Of a DNA stretch of 64,000 nucleotides, positions 1-10,196 are shown piece by piece. Each line of letters begins with the position of its first letter. Within the stretch, counting starts at the first letter, position 1. Under the pieces are notes generated by a model. It made no database searches. It was not told the origin of the DNA and worked only from the letters and a program-made list of their open reading frames with translations. Source of the stretch: Polyangiaceae bacterium (lineage in GTDB: Bacteria > Myxococcota_A > Polyangia > Polyangiales > Polyangiaceae); assembly GCA_050287085.1 (NCBI GenBank), contig JBNKBE010000016.1, positions 86,541 to 150,540 on the forward strand, in the 5' to 3' direction. A program made the translations under genes and the position numbers.

Positions 1-1142
1 CAATACATGCGGCTTCCGCGCGCGTCCATGTGGACGTGTGTTGCGTTGGGGTAGTAGCCGACGCCTGTACTCGGCAGCGTGAGCAGGAAGTCGACCAGAG
101 CGGTGTTGGGTACACCGGGAATACTGAAGTCGAGGGCACGCCCCAGGCGGTGCTTGGAGTGACGCGCAAAGGAGCGCTCGCGATAACCGCTTACAACTCG
201 GATCGGCCGACCTCCAAACTCATCGCTAACAGTCACTATCAACTTGTATAGCCGCGGATCGAGTGTGATCTGTACTTTGCTTCCCGTTTCCCAGGAGGCG
301 AGCAGTGACTCGATGTGTTTCCGTGCGTCGGGCAACACTCCGCCCTGGGCGTCGAGGACTTGACCGCTCCATTGACCGCCGAGGGTCTTCAGGGTGACCC
401 TGCCGCGCTCGAAGTTTCGCTGGGCGTATTGGCTCCACGCATTGGGCCGAGTGAGGTGCGTGTTGGCATTGGTTATCGGGATCTTCAATCGCTGTCCGAC
501 CCGGATCAACGCGGAGCGACCCAGTTGGTTCAGCTCTTGGAGTGTCTTGGTCGGGACAGTGTAGCGCGCCGCTATCAGGGATAGTGCCTCGCCGGGGCGA
601 ACCTTGTGCAGGTAGTGTTCGGCTTCGGCAGTGGGGCTCGGCTTCACAGTTGTGCGGCGCGGCTTCTGCTGCTTGGGCGAGCTCGCGGGAGGGGTTGTCG
701 CGTCGCTTGTTCCTGGGGCGCGCGTGCCGCCCGCTACGATCAACCTCTGGCCCACCTTGAGCAGGCTGCGTTCGTTGAGGTTGTTGTGGCGACATAGCTC
801 GCGTACGGACACCCCCCGGCGCTCAGCGATGACTCCGAGGACGTCTCCGGGGGCCACCGTATATAGACTGGGAAGCAGCAAGACCTGACCTGGCCGGATG
901 GCGTCCGTGGCCAGGCCGTTGACCTTGCGGAGAAGGTCGAGCGAGACGTCCTCCCGCTGGGCGATCAGGCTCAGCACGTCGTTTGGGCGCACCGTATAGG
1001 TGGCTCGCTCCGGCTCGCGAGACGAGCTCGCGGTTACCATAGCCTGGCGTGCCCCAGCCTTTTTTGCCCAGATATTGTGTGTCCAGGCTGTTGCTAGGCA
1101 CAATACCAACCACCACGTTCGGAAGCGTCTCGCGCGCACCAT
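1..1142 (-). CDS. 3x LysM + YcbK/MepK-type (peptidase M15, DUF882) peptidoglycan endopeptidase; 3'-partial, runs off the window start
   Basis: Not in the ORF track because there is no stop in the window. Manual translation from ATG 1142 gives a signal-like N-terminus (MVRARRFRTWWLVLCLATAW) and three LysM repeats (YTVRPNDVLSLIAQREDVS..IRPGQVL; YTVAPGDVLGVIAERRGVS..LKVGQRL; HKVRPGEALSLIAARYTVP..IRVGQRL). These are followed by LDPRL..IRVVSGYR..SKHRLGRALD..GVGYYPNATHVHMDAR, the M15 Zn motifs. Confidence 0.9.
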   Translation of the reverse strand, partial: MVRARRFRTWWLVLCLATAWTHNIWAKKAGARQAMVTASSSREPERATYTVRPNDVLSLIAQREDVSLDLLRKVNGLATDAIRPGQVLLLPSLYTVAPGDVLGVIAERRGVSVRELCRHNNLNERSLLKVGQRLIVAGGTRAPGTSDATTPPASSPKQQKPRRTTVKPSPTAEAEHYLHKVRPGEALSLIAARYTVPTKTLQELNQLGRSALIRVGQRLKIPITNANTHLTRPNAWSQYAQRNFERGRVTLKTLGGQWSGQVLDAQGGVLPDARKHIESLLASWETGSKVQITLDPRLYKLIVTVSDEFGGRPIRVVSGYRERSFARHSKHRLGRALDFSIPGVPNTALVDFLLTLPSTGVGYYPNATHVHMDARGSRMY

Positions 1143-2095
1143 GGGGCTGCCCTAGACCGAGGCGGCCACACGGGGCAAAAAACCTACATGCGCCGACATT
1201 GGTTTGGGAGAGGGTGACTTAGGTGTCATGCTGAAGTCTCGGCAGAATTTGCGTCCGGCGACGACGTGCGGGTGAAGGATCCGGGCTGAGGAGCGATTAA
1301 CCCCCGTGGAGGCTCTTGGGGTGAACCCGTCGTGGGGCGCTCGCCGGGCGAGCGATTCGTTGACCTCCTGGACGCTGCGGGCGCCCGTCGTCGTGGCGTT
1401 GGTCGCGTAGCTCTTGTGCGAGCATCGCGTCCATTGGGAAGCTGGAGCACAGAGCATCCGTGCACGAGCAAAGTCTCCCGCGGGCAGGCAAGACGTTAGA
1501 GCTGAACACGGCTGGCACAAGCAAGCGATGTGTTCATCTTTTGAGGCATGCTGCGATGGCCTGTGTCTGCGTCGCTTTCGGCGCTTCAGCTTACTGCCTC
1601 GAAGCAGGGGTGAGGCTGCCTCGATGCTGCTGCGTATGCGAATGGCCGATCGGCTCATTCTGCGATCGCTGGGTCACAAGAGCCTATTGGGATAGGCTCT
1701 TCGCCGCTGAGGGACCTGCTTGTTCGAAGAATGCTTACGTCGATACAAGGATCTGACGCGCTACACCATTAAGACTCTAGGAAGGACATCATCGCGTGTG
1801 TCCAAGAGTTTCAATTAATGGATTCGAGGTGCCGGGTAGCGGCTCCGTTTCCAGCGCGCACTAGGGTCGGCCTCGCTTGGTGGCGGGGCAGATTCTTCAG
1901 TGGTCAACGTTCAGGTTTTCGATGTCGTCGTGCGGCCGTTGAGGACGTGGGAGCGGCGATTCACACAGCGGTGTGACGACCTGTTGCACCGAAGAGCCGG
2001 CGTAGGGACAAGCGGGCGGCTCGGAGTCGGGGCGAGCCTCGACAGGGCTGACCTAGCGGCGCCGAAGAGTCTTCAAAATGCAGGAATAGGAATCG

Positions 2096-3493
2096 ATGCT
2101 AAAAGAACTCAAGGTCTCTCGTCGTTTCGCGCTGCGCGGTGCCCTTTCGGGCATTGGCGTAGCGATGTGGTTGCCCGTGCTCGACGTCATGTGCAATGGC
2201 AAGGGCGACGCCTTTGCGCAAGGAGAGGCACTACCTACGACATTTGGCATCTGGTTTTGGGGTAACGGGGTGCATGCCCAATACTGGACCCCTGATGTCA
2301 CGGGTCGCGGGGATGCGTGGCAACTCAAACGCAACATGGAGCCCTTTCAGAACGTCAAGGAGCACATCACCTTGGTGACAGGTCTCCAAATGCTCGACGG
2401 AGGATTCAAGGGGCATGGTTGGGGCAACGTCTATGTGCTGGCCGGTGGTGATGGGCAGGAGGCGACGGTCATCTCGGACATCGACCGCCATCAGAACGTG
2501 GCTTTCGAGGCCAATTCCGCGACCCAATACTTGCCGACGATCGACCAACTGATCGCCGACCAGATCGGGGGGGATTCCCTCTTCAAGTCCCTTCAGACCG
2601 GCGTAATGGAGTACCGGGGTATGGATATGGGGACGACCAGCAAGTACCTCTCTCACCGGGGGCGAAACGAATACTTGCCTCAAGAGAAAGACCCCAGGCG
2701 CTTCTTCGACAAGCTGTTTGGAGCAGGGCAGAGCCCGTCCGAGGGTACGTCGTCGGCCAGCGCATTGTTTTCTAAAGAGCTGCGCCGCAGCACCCTAGAC
2801 GCCGTGTTGCAAGACGCAAAGAGGTTGCAGCAGCGGCTCGGCGTCACCGACCGGGCTCGCCTGGAGAGCCATATGGATCGCGTCCGCGAACTCGAGGCGC
2901 AAATCGAGGGCATTGTCATTCCCAGCGACGGTGGGATAGGTGCGTGTTCACTGCCTGCGGAGCCCTCGGCGCCGGCGGATAACACCGCGCGCAGCAAGGC
3001 GCTGAATCGGCTCTTGGCTACCGCCTTGGCTTGCAACCTCACCCGTGTGTTCACTCATCAGTGGTCAGGTGGGCGCGATGACAACACCTACCCCGAGATC
3101 GACATCAACGCCGACCATCACGGGCTAACGCACCGAGGAGGCCCAGAAAATGAGCTCGCTGCGGACATTGAGCGCTACATCATGGAGCAATACGCGGACT
3201 TCGTCCAGGTGTTGAGCGAAACGCAGGTGGGGGCCAAGACACTGCTCGACCAGACGCTGGTCTACGGCATCTCAGACTTGGGAGAGGACCCATACAATCA
3301 CAATATGACCAACTACCATGTTGTTCTCAGTGGTCATAACGGAGGAAAAGTCCCCGGCAATCAGCACCTTCGCTTTCCTCGGCGCAAGCTAAGCGAGTTG
3401 ATGCTCACCTTGCTTCAGACGATGGGCGTCGAGACGCAAGAGTTCGGCACCTGGGATCGGACGACCCAGACCATCCCCGAAATCTTCGGCTAG
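2096..3493 (+). CDS. DUF1552 (HXXSHH) family protein with Tat-like N-terminus
   Basis: SRRFALRG..LP N-terminus, FWGNG, TIDQLIAD, RRSTLDAV, DRARLESH, ALACNLTRV, HHGLTH and TLLDQTLV motifs. Confidence 0.85.
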   Translation: MLKELKVSRRFALRGALSGIGVAMWLPVLDVMCNGKGDAFAQGEALPTTFGIWFWGNGVHAQYWTPDVTGRGDAWQLKRNMEPFQNVKEHITLVTGLQMLDGGFKGHGWGNVYVLAGGDGQEATVISDIDRHQNVAFEANSATQYLPTIDQLIADQIGGDSLFKSLQTGVMEYRGMDMGTTSKYLSHRGRNEYLPQEKDPRRFFDKLFGAGQSPSEGTSSASALFSKELRRSTLDAVLQDAKRLQQRLGVTDRARLESHMDRVRELEAQIEGIVIPSDGGIGACSLPAEPSAPADNTARSKALNRLLATALACNLTRVFTHQWSGGRDDNTYPEIDINADHHGLTHRGGPENELAADIERYIMEQYADFVQVLSETQVGAKTLLDQTLVYGISDLGEDPYNHNMTNYHVVLSGHNGGKVPGNQHLRFPRRKLSELMLTLLQTMGVETQEFGTWDRTTQTIPEIFG

Positions 3494-3757
3494 CGGTGCA
3501 GCTGAAGCACAACCCACGCATGGAAGCCTAGGGCAGGCGAGGAGGTCCAGGCCCGAACCCGTCGGCAGTGCCTATGCAAGTTGGCTCGCCGTGGCTACAA
3601 GGTGGGGGTGTCTTCGAACTGAGAGTCGGGAACCCCCATGGGGACAGCCCGTTGCTGGCTCCCGGGGTTGCGGGTCGAGGCTGGCTCGGATGGGTGCTTC
3701 ACGTATTCTTCACCCGAGTTTGGCTGCGCTGCCACGGACGGCCGGCATGGTGCCCAG

Positions 3758-4549
3758 ATGCTACACGCCTTTCGGCTCTTGCGTTCACAGCTTTCGGCGA
3801 CGTCGGTCAAGCGCGATGGGCGCCAGTGGCAGAGGCTACTCGCTGCATTGGCTTCAGCGGAAACACGCAGCAGTGCCGAACACGCTATGCTACTGCGCGA
3901 GATCTGCCAGCTGCTGTGCGCGTCTCACGGCGTATTGCCCGAGATCTCCGGCGTCCTGCCAAGCGGACCTGTGGTCCTTGTGGCCAACCATCTCGGCTAC
4001 GTCGATCCGTTGGTGATCTGCGGGCTGGTTCCCTGCTCGCCCATCGCTAAGCGCTCGCTTGCCACTTGGCCCATCGTGGGAGGCACTTGCAAACGCCTCA
4101 ACGTCCAGTTTCTCGATCGCACGAGTCGCTACGATGGCGCACGGGTTCTGCGGGCCGCGCGGCGCCTCTTGGGGCAGGGTGTAAGCGTTCTGAATTTCCC
4201 GGAAGGGACCACCACCCGGGGCGAGATGTTGCCGTTCAAACGCGGGGTATTCGGTCTTGCCAAGCGCCTTGGGATCGCCGTTGTGCCCCTGGCGCTCAAG
4301 TTTGAAGACGAGGGGTTGTGCTGGGTTGATCAGGAGAACTTCTTGTCGCACTACTTGCGCTTCTGCACGCGGCGCCCGCATCGTTTGACGCTTCACGTCG
4401 GTCCTGAGCTGCGGGCGCGTCGGAACGAGAGTGCTGTGCATTTTGCCCAGCGAGCCCAATGCTGGATAGCCCAGCGGCTCGCGTGTCCCGCGACGCCGAC
4501 GCCCTGGCGCGAAGCATCAGGTCATCCGCGGGCCCTCAGCGCAACATGA
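3758..4549 (+). CDS. Lysophospholipid acyltransferase (PlsC/OlsA-like)
   Basis: NHLGYVD (HX4D), FPEGTT and PFKRG motifs. Start uncertain; the ORF extends to 3638. Confidence 0.85.
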   Translation: MLHAFRLLRSQLSATSVKRDGRQWQRLLAALASAETRSSAEHAMLLREICQLLCASHGVLPEISGVLPSGPVVLVANHLGYVDPLVICGLVPCSPIAKRSLATWPIVGGTCKRLNVQFLDRTSRYDGARVLRAARRLLGQGVSVLNFPEGTTTRGEMLPFKRGVFGLAKRLGIAVVPLALKFEDEGLCWVDQENFLSHYLRFCTRRPHRLTLHVGPELRARRNESAVHFAQRAQCWIAQRLACPATPTPWREASGHPRALSAT

Positions 4550-4636
4550 AGGGCCAAGTCTTCGCGGACTCAGTCCTCTGGCTGTAGCGCTTCGCGGACT
4601 CCGAAGGAACTGGACTTATGGTCCGCGAAGCATCAG

Positions 4637-5566
4637 ATGTCCGCCATGGATCGTGCTCGCGGCGGCTCTTCTCTGGTTCTGGCCGCAGCCTTCGGCCTTT
4701 CGCTGAAAGGGATATGGGCTCGCCTGGCCTATGCCGATGGGTTGGATGTTTTGGGGGTGATGTTCTATCGGGCGGCGCTTGCGCTGCCGCTTCTGCTGGG
4801 GGCCGGCTGGTGGGCAGTGGCGCGCGCGGCGCCGGGGGGCGCCACTGCACCGGCTCCAACGCTGCGCGAGCACATCCCCGCTGCGCTCCTTGGGGCGTTG
4901 TTTCCGCTTGGAATGTACTGTGACTTCAGGGCCATTGATGAGCTAGGCGCGGGCTTGTCGCGCGTTCTCCTATTTGGCTTTCCGCTCGCAGTGATGGTGT
5001 TGGAAAGCGCGGCGGCCCGAAGATTTCCGTCACGTATCCGTCTGCTGGGGTTCTGCGTGGCGTGGCTTGGACTGGTGGTGGTGGCTTGGCCCCAACTGTC
5101 TTGGGGGGCTTCGCAAGAGATCACCGCTCTCGGTTGGGGTTTGGCCTCGTTGTTCTTGTATGCATTGTATGTGTGGCGTTCAGCGCCGGAGGCGAGACGC
5201 CTGGGCTCGCTGCGCTTGACCGTGACGTCCAACCTGGCGACGACATTGACGGTTGTCGTGGCGGCCTTGATGGTGAATTCGGGGCGTGCGCCGGACGTAA
5301 CCCTCGGCGCTGCCGCTTGGATTGGCGCCATGGTGCTGGTCTCGACAATTGTTCCCTACCTCTTGCTCAACGAGGGGGTGCGCCGCCTGGGCGCTATCCG
5401 GGCGAGCCTACTGTCCATGGTCGGTCCACCTTTCACGTTGCTCGCGGCATGGGCGTTTCTGGGGGAAGGGCTGTCGTGGGGACAAGGGTTTGGCGTTGTT
5501 CTTACGCTCTCGGGTGTGAGTCTGGCGCAAGGGGTATGGTCGCCCGCGAGGCTTGTGGAGGGCTGA
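4637..5566 (+). CDS. DMT/EamA family transporter
   Basis: About 10 hydrophobic segments with two-fold EamA symmetry; GVRRLGAIRASLL..PPFTLLAAWAFLGE motif. Confidence 0.85.
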   Translation: MSAMDRARGGSSLVLAAAFGLSLKGIWARLAYADGLDVLGVMFYRAALALPLLLGAGWWAVARAAPGGATAPAPTLREHIPAALLGALFPLGMYCDFRAIDELGAGLSRVLLFGFPLAVMVLESAAARRFPSRIRLLGFCVAWLGLVVVAWPQLSWGASQEITALGWGLASLFLYALYVWRSAPEARRLGSLRLTVTSNLATTLTVVVAALMVNSGRAPDVTLGAAAWIGAMVLVSTIVPYLLLNEGVRRLGAIRASLLSMVGPPFTLLAAWAFLGEGLSWGQGFGVVLTLSGVSLAQGVWSPARLVEG

Positions 5567-5779
5567 GGGCGCCCCGGGCCTCGCAGGGCGCGATCGAGTG
5601 GCGGCCAAGCGATAGGTCGACGTTCCAGTCAACATGGAGGTTGCTCGACACACTGCAGGTCACCGTCGCACAAGAGCGCGCTTCGGCACGGAGGGCGTCA
5701 TTGTCATGTCATTGCTGCTACCACGCAGGGGTACGGGTTTGCTCGATGTGATGGGCAGCTTGTTCGACACGCCAGGAGA

Positions 5780-6970
5780 TTGTTTATGATACGCGCTACT
5801 TCCGCTCTTCCCGCCATGGTTCTGTTGTTGCTTGCCGGGGCAGCTTGTTCCTCCACCAGCTCGCAAGAAGGCAGCAACGGAGGCACCTCGACTCAGGCGG
5901 GAGCAGGGGCCGGTGGCGGGGCGGTCTCGGGCGCGCCAGGCACGTCGGAACAAGGCGGGACTGCCGGTGCAGAAGAACAAGGGGGAACTACTGGCCTCGG
6001 CGAAGCGGGGGCAGAGGGCGGCCCCGCAGCGGGTACGGGAGGTACCTCGGGCGCGGCTGGCGCAGGCGATACCATGACCTCGGGTGGGGCGGGCGCTCAG
6101 GGAGAGGGGGGCGCAGCGGGTGCAACCGAGACGGCAGGGGCCGCAGGGGCTGACTCCGGGGGAGCTGGCGCTGGCGGTTCCGAGGGTATGGAGGTGATGG
6201 GCAGCGACGGCTGCGGCGAAGCCAAGACGCTGCAGAATGGAGTGATCAACATTAACTCCGGGGGCGCGCGCAAGTACTTCCTGGCCGTGCCTGACGACTA
6301 CGACAACACCCATCCCTACCGCTTGGTGTTCGCCTTTGCAGAGTCGGGGGCTTCCGCGCAATCAGTCGTGGATCGGAACTACTTCACGCTCAAGACTCTG
6401 GACAGCGAGCGCACGACCATATTCGTGGCGCCGGACGCGGCCAACGGGGCTGGCTCCTGGAGCAGGTCGGACCTGGATCTGACGGATGCGATCCTTGCGG
6501 AGCTCGAAAGCGATCTGTGTATCGACAAGACTCGCATCTTTGCGACGGGCTTCAGCTTTGGTGGAGCCATGTCCCTGGCGATTGCATGCCAGCGAGCGGA
6601 CGTATTCCGCGGTGTTGCCTTCTTCTCCGGTGCCGATCTCACGGGCTCTTGCAACGACCCGCTGACTACGCCCATCGCCTATTACGCTTCGCAGGCCAGC
6701 CAGGACAGCAGCGGTCCGCCGATGCCGAGCAGCGGCAGGATCAAGCAGGCGGATTTCGCAGCGGTCAACGGTTGTAGCCCAGAACCCGACGCCACCACCT
6801 TCCCAGCGCCAGGGCAGCCCCATACCTGCACGGAGTACAAGGACTGCTCAGCGGGTCATCCCACCAAGTATTGCGTGTTTGATGGTCCTCACGGATGGGA
6901 GCCGCGGGATCCGGGCGAACAGATGAGCTGGAACGCGCCCGAGGCGTGGAAGTTCATTACGCAGTTCTAG
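5780..6970 (+). CDS. Lipoprotein alpha/beta-hydrolase esterase (CE1 feruloyl esterase / PHB depolymerase-like)
   Basis: Lipobox-like AGAAC and a long Gly/Ala linker, then RKYFLAVPDDYD, CIDKTRIFATGFSFGG (GxSxG nucleophile) and C-terminal GPH. Confidence 0.8.
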   Translation: MFMIRATSALPAMVLLLLAGAACSSTSSQEGSNGGTSTQAGAGAGGGAVSGAPGTSEQGGTAGAEEQGGTTGLGEAGAEGGPAAGTGGTSGAAGAGDTMTSGGAGAQGEGGAAGATETAGAAGADSGGAGAGGSEGMEVMGSDGCGEAKTLQNGVININSGGARKYFLAVPDDYDNTHPYRLVFAFAESGASAQSVVDRNYFTLKTLDSERTTIFVAPDAANGAGSWSRSDLDLTDAILAELESDLCIDKTRIFATGFSFGGAMSLAIACQRADVFRGVAFFSGADLTGSCNDPLTTPIAYYASQASQDSSGPPMPSSGRIKQADFAAVNGCSPEPDATTFPAPGQPHTCTEYKDCSAGHPTKYCVFDGPHGWEPRDPGEQMSWNAPEAWKFITQF

Positions 6971-7027
6971 TTCGCCCCGGCTCCAGCTAGCCCCAGCGGG
7001 GGTGACGGTTTGCGCTGCGCGTTGCTC

Positions 7028-8032
7028 TCAGGCTTCGAGGGTAAAGCGCGCTCGAAACGTCTCCCCCGAGCGCTCGGACCAGATCCGTCCTCGATGGCGT
7101 GCCACAACCTTTCGCATGATCAGGAAGGGCAAGCGTTCTCCCCGTTCGAGGTCGTTCATCCCGGCGGGGGAGAATACGTCGCGAGGGCGACGAGTACTCG
7201 GCAGCGCGTAGGAGAGCGAAAACGTGGGCGTCGTTTCTGGGGTGTCGCGTTCCACCGAGAAATTGATGCGGCCGAGGGCATGGGTGACGGCGTCTTCCAG
7301 AAGGTGCCGGAGCAAGATCTTGAGCAGCGTGGGGGCAGCCAAGACCTGTGGCTCTTCTCCCACCCAATCGAAGCGCTCCAGGGCCGTGTCTTGGCCGATC
7401 TCCTCGAGCAGGTTCCGCGCTATGCTTGTGACTGAGCAGGGGGAGCGCTTGGGGTCGAGCCCGCCGAGGTCCGAGAGGTGACGGAAGTCGTTGACCATCC
7501 GCGTCAAGATGCGCACTTGTTCGCCTAGCGCGTCGCAGAGGCCAAGCGCTTCTGGCGGTAGGTTCTGGCCGTAGTCTAGTGCCAGTTCTTCGAGTAGGAC
7601 CTGCATGCGTCGCAGCGGCTCGCGCATGTCGTGAGCTGTGATGTGGGCAAACTGAAACAAGTTCTGGCTCGTCTGCCGTGTGAGCGCTTCCCCGGTTTTT
7701 GTCTTGGTAATGTTGCGCGAAAAGATGATGACGCCGTCGTCGATTGCTTGAAGTGATAGCTCGTGAAATGCTCTTGTTCCGTCGGGAAACGTAAACTCGT
7801 TGAGCACCTGCTCCGGTCGGCGCGAGTTCCGACAGCTATGAATCTGGCGGTAAATCTCGGTGTCTTCAATACCCGGAAACTTCTCGCTCATGGCAAAGCC
7901 GACGACCTGCTCGGAGGTCATGCCGATCTCACTTAGCAACGCCGGGTTAAGGTAAACGTAGCGCATGTCGTCGTCGATGATCTGCACACCGTCCGAGAGC
8001 TGTTCAAAGATGGCGTAGCGCTCAGTGTTCAA
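7028..8032 (-). CDS. PAS-domain sensor histidine kinase with degenerate HATPase domain
   Basis: PAS (DGVQIIDDDMRYVYLN) and H-box (AHDMREPLR) present; N/G boxes not conserved. TTG start overlaps the upstream stop (TTGA). Confidence 0.75.
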   Translation of the reverse strand: MNTERYAIFEQLSDGVQIIDDDMRYVYLNPALLSEIGMTSEQVVGFAMSEKFPGIEDTEIYRQIHSCRNSRRPEQVLNEFTFPDGTRAFHELSLQAIDDGVIIFSRNITKTKTGEALTRQTSQNLFQFAHITAHDMREPLRRMQVLLEELALDYGQNLPPEALGLCDALGEQVRILTRMVNDFRHLSDLGGLDPKRSPCSVTSIARNLLEEIGQDTALERFDWVGEEPQVLAAPTLLKILLRHLLEDAVTHALGRINFSVERDTPETTPTFSLSYALPSTRRPRDVFSPAGMNDLERGERLPFLIMRKVVARHRGRIWSERSGETFRARFTLEA

Positions 8033-8427
8033 ACCAGTGACTCCAAGAAAGAAAGGGCGGCGCGTCGACCATCGAACTTCTGGGTGAATTCAGCTCCCAG
8101 TGCTTTGGCTTGAAGCATGTCCTGCTGGCTGTCCGAGTGGGTCAGTATGGTGATGACGGGCAGTGTTGCTAGTTCATCGTACTGACGCACCCGTGCAAGC
8201 ACCTCGAAGCCTGTCATTCCGGGCATGTTGACATCCAAGAAGACGATTGCCGGCATGGCTTCAGTGCCTTCAACAACGGTCTCGATGTAGGCGAGAAAGT
8301 CTTCCCCTGAATAGAACGCACGAAAGTCGTTAGTGAGAGTCGATAGCTCAAGACTGCGCTTCATCAGTCGAACGTCGATTTCGTCGTCATCAACCATGAC
8401 GATCGCGTTCTGGTTTGCGAGCTTCAT
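8029..8427 (-). CDS. Single-domain response regulator (receiver only)
   Basis: VDDD, FLDVNMPGMTGFEVL, ILT and terminal K motifs. Confidence 0.9.
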   Translation of the reverse strand: MKLANQNAIVMVDDDEIDVRLMKRSLELSTLTNDFRAFYSGEDFLAYIETVVEGTEAMPAIVFLDVNMPGMTGFEVLARVRQYDELATLPVITILTHSDSQQDMLQAKALGAEFTQKFDGRRAALSFLESLV

Positions 8428-8699
8428 CCCCTAAGCGATGGCCTTTGAGTCGGCTTGAGTCAATCCGAAAAGGTGCGGCGTTCACCTCGTCTCATATCCC
8501 GCACAAGTGGCGCTCCGACCAGGTAGGCGGTGTGCGGTGCTGTCATGACAGAATCCGACTGCAGCGCCCGGGTAATCACCACGCGGCGGGCGGCTTCCCA
8601 GCGCCGCAGGCCTCCGCTCGGCGGCCATCATAGCCCGATCCAAGCGGCGCCGGGACGGTGAGGCGGCAGGATTGCGGACTCTCACCCTTGGGCTGGTAA

Positions 8700-9959
8700 C
8701 TACCATCCGTCTGGCGTGTACCACTTCTCCTGCTCACCCAGCGGGTCCTGGATCTGCCAGCATGAAATGGACCCGTCGGTACGGATGCCGCACACGCTCC
8801 AGTCTCCGGCATCCACCTCCGTGAACGTGCCGAGTGGTGTGTAGGTCAGGCCATCACTGAAGGTGACGCACTGCAGTTGACCATCCCCAGATAGGGCGCA
8901 GAGCCCCAGGTCGTTCACTGCGAGTTTGGTGTAGCGCCCCATCAAGGGACTCGAGCGAAGAGCGGTGTCACTCCCCAGATCGGAGCACCAGGGCACTCCG
9001 TCCATGTCGAGTCCGCAAGTCTGATAGGGGCTGGTGCTGATGGCAGTGTATTGGCCTTTCAGGTAGATGGAGTCGGAGGAAGAGCCCAGACAGAACGCGC
9101 TGCCGTCTTGGAGCAGCACACAGCGACGCCCCCCCGCGTGGGCAACCTGGGCTGCTGTTTGCTCGGTGAGCTTTCCAGCGGCCGAGCAGCGGGCTTCGCC
9201 ATTTCGGGTGACCCAGCACGTATCGTTGCTGGCTGCTTCGAATTGGACGACGTCTTCGACACTGTTTCCGTCGAGCACCAGGGTTCCGTCATCGAGAAGA
9301 AACACGGCTCTGCCGCCGGCAGACTCGGCGCTGCGAACGGTGCCAGGAGGCTTCGTCGCGATGATGCTCTCTTGGACCTTCAGCTCTCGACGGCCCCACC
9401 AACAGGTGAAGGTGCCATCCGCTTTGGTAGCGCAGGGCATGCCGTCTCCAGTGGCTACCCGGATCGACGTCGCGCACACAAAATCCTCCTCGACCCAGGT
9501 GTGGTCCTCGCAGCGCTCCCGCACGTTGGTCTTCGGATTGCAGCGCACGACACCAGCCACGCAGTCCAGCTCTGAGCCGTTCGAGGGTTGGCCCCCGTCC
9601 GAATCGTGGGACGTTCCGCTGGCTGCGTCAGAAAGGCCTCCCCACGCATCGGACCCGTGTTCGCCACCGGCGTCCAGGGTCGCCGCGCGGGGACGGTTCG
9701 GAGTTTCGGCGGGGGCTTTGCCGCCGTCGATCTCGGTCGAGTCCCTGCCGGCGCTGGTTTCAGCGTCTCTTTTGTCGCGCGCAGCGCCGGCGCCTCCGGC
9801 GTCTGCGGGGGCCGGGTCGTCGATGACTCTGACCGAGCGCCCGCCATCACTTTCCAAGGTCGCAGTGGTTCGTGTGGACGTCGAGCCGCAGCCAGCGAGC
9901 GCCCCGACCGCTAGCAGCACCCCGACCGCGCCCCAGCCCGTCGAATACACCAACCCCAT
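8700..9959 (-). CDS. Lipoprotein with RCC1-like Cys-containing beta-propeller repeats
   Basis: Lipobox LAGC, low-complexity linker, repeats CATKADGTFTCW, CVLLQDGSAFC, CALSGDGQLQC, CGIRTDGSISCW. Confidence 0.75.
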   Translation of the reverse strand: MGLVYSTGWGAVGVLLAVGALAGCGSTSTRTTATLESDGGRSVRVIDDPAPADAGGAGAARDKRDAETSAGRDSTEIDGGKAPAETPNRPRAATLDAGGEHGSDAWGGLSDAASGTSHDSDGGQPSNGSELDCVAGVVRCNPKTNVRERCEDHTWVEEDFVCATSIRVATGDGMPCATKADGTFTCWWGRRELKVQESIIATKPPGTVRSAESAGGRAVFLLDDGTLVLDGNSVEDVVQFEAASNDTCWVTRNGEARCSAAGKLTEQTAAQVAHAGGRRCVLLQDGSAFCLGSSSDSIYLKGQYTAISTSPYQTCGLDMDGVPWCSDLGSDTALRSSPLMGRYTKLAVNDLGLCALSGDGQLQCVTFSDGLTYTPLGTFTEVDAGDWSVCGIRTDGSISCWQIQDPLGEQEKWYTPDGW

Positions 9960-10196
9960 CGCTTGAGCGTAGCCCTTCGCTTGCCCAGCGTCTGCGCATT
10001 TTGTTGCGTTTCAGCTGCTAGGGGCCCAACTAGCCCGCCCGCCGCAGCAAGCGGCTCGGCCGGGGTAGTGGTGGGACTTTGCCCTCCGCGGGCCCTGGGT
10101 TGCGAGGGCGATCGCTGAGCTGAGAACGCGCGCGTTGTGGCGCCATTCGAGCTTGGCACGTGACAGTGACGTCCAGGCTTTGGTAGTCTGTTACCA

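Noticed and set aside
1152..2090. Several short overlapping ORFs
   Set aside because: No recognisable motifs or consistent coding signal; treated as intergenic or remnant DNA, though a small gene cannot be excluded.
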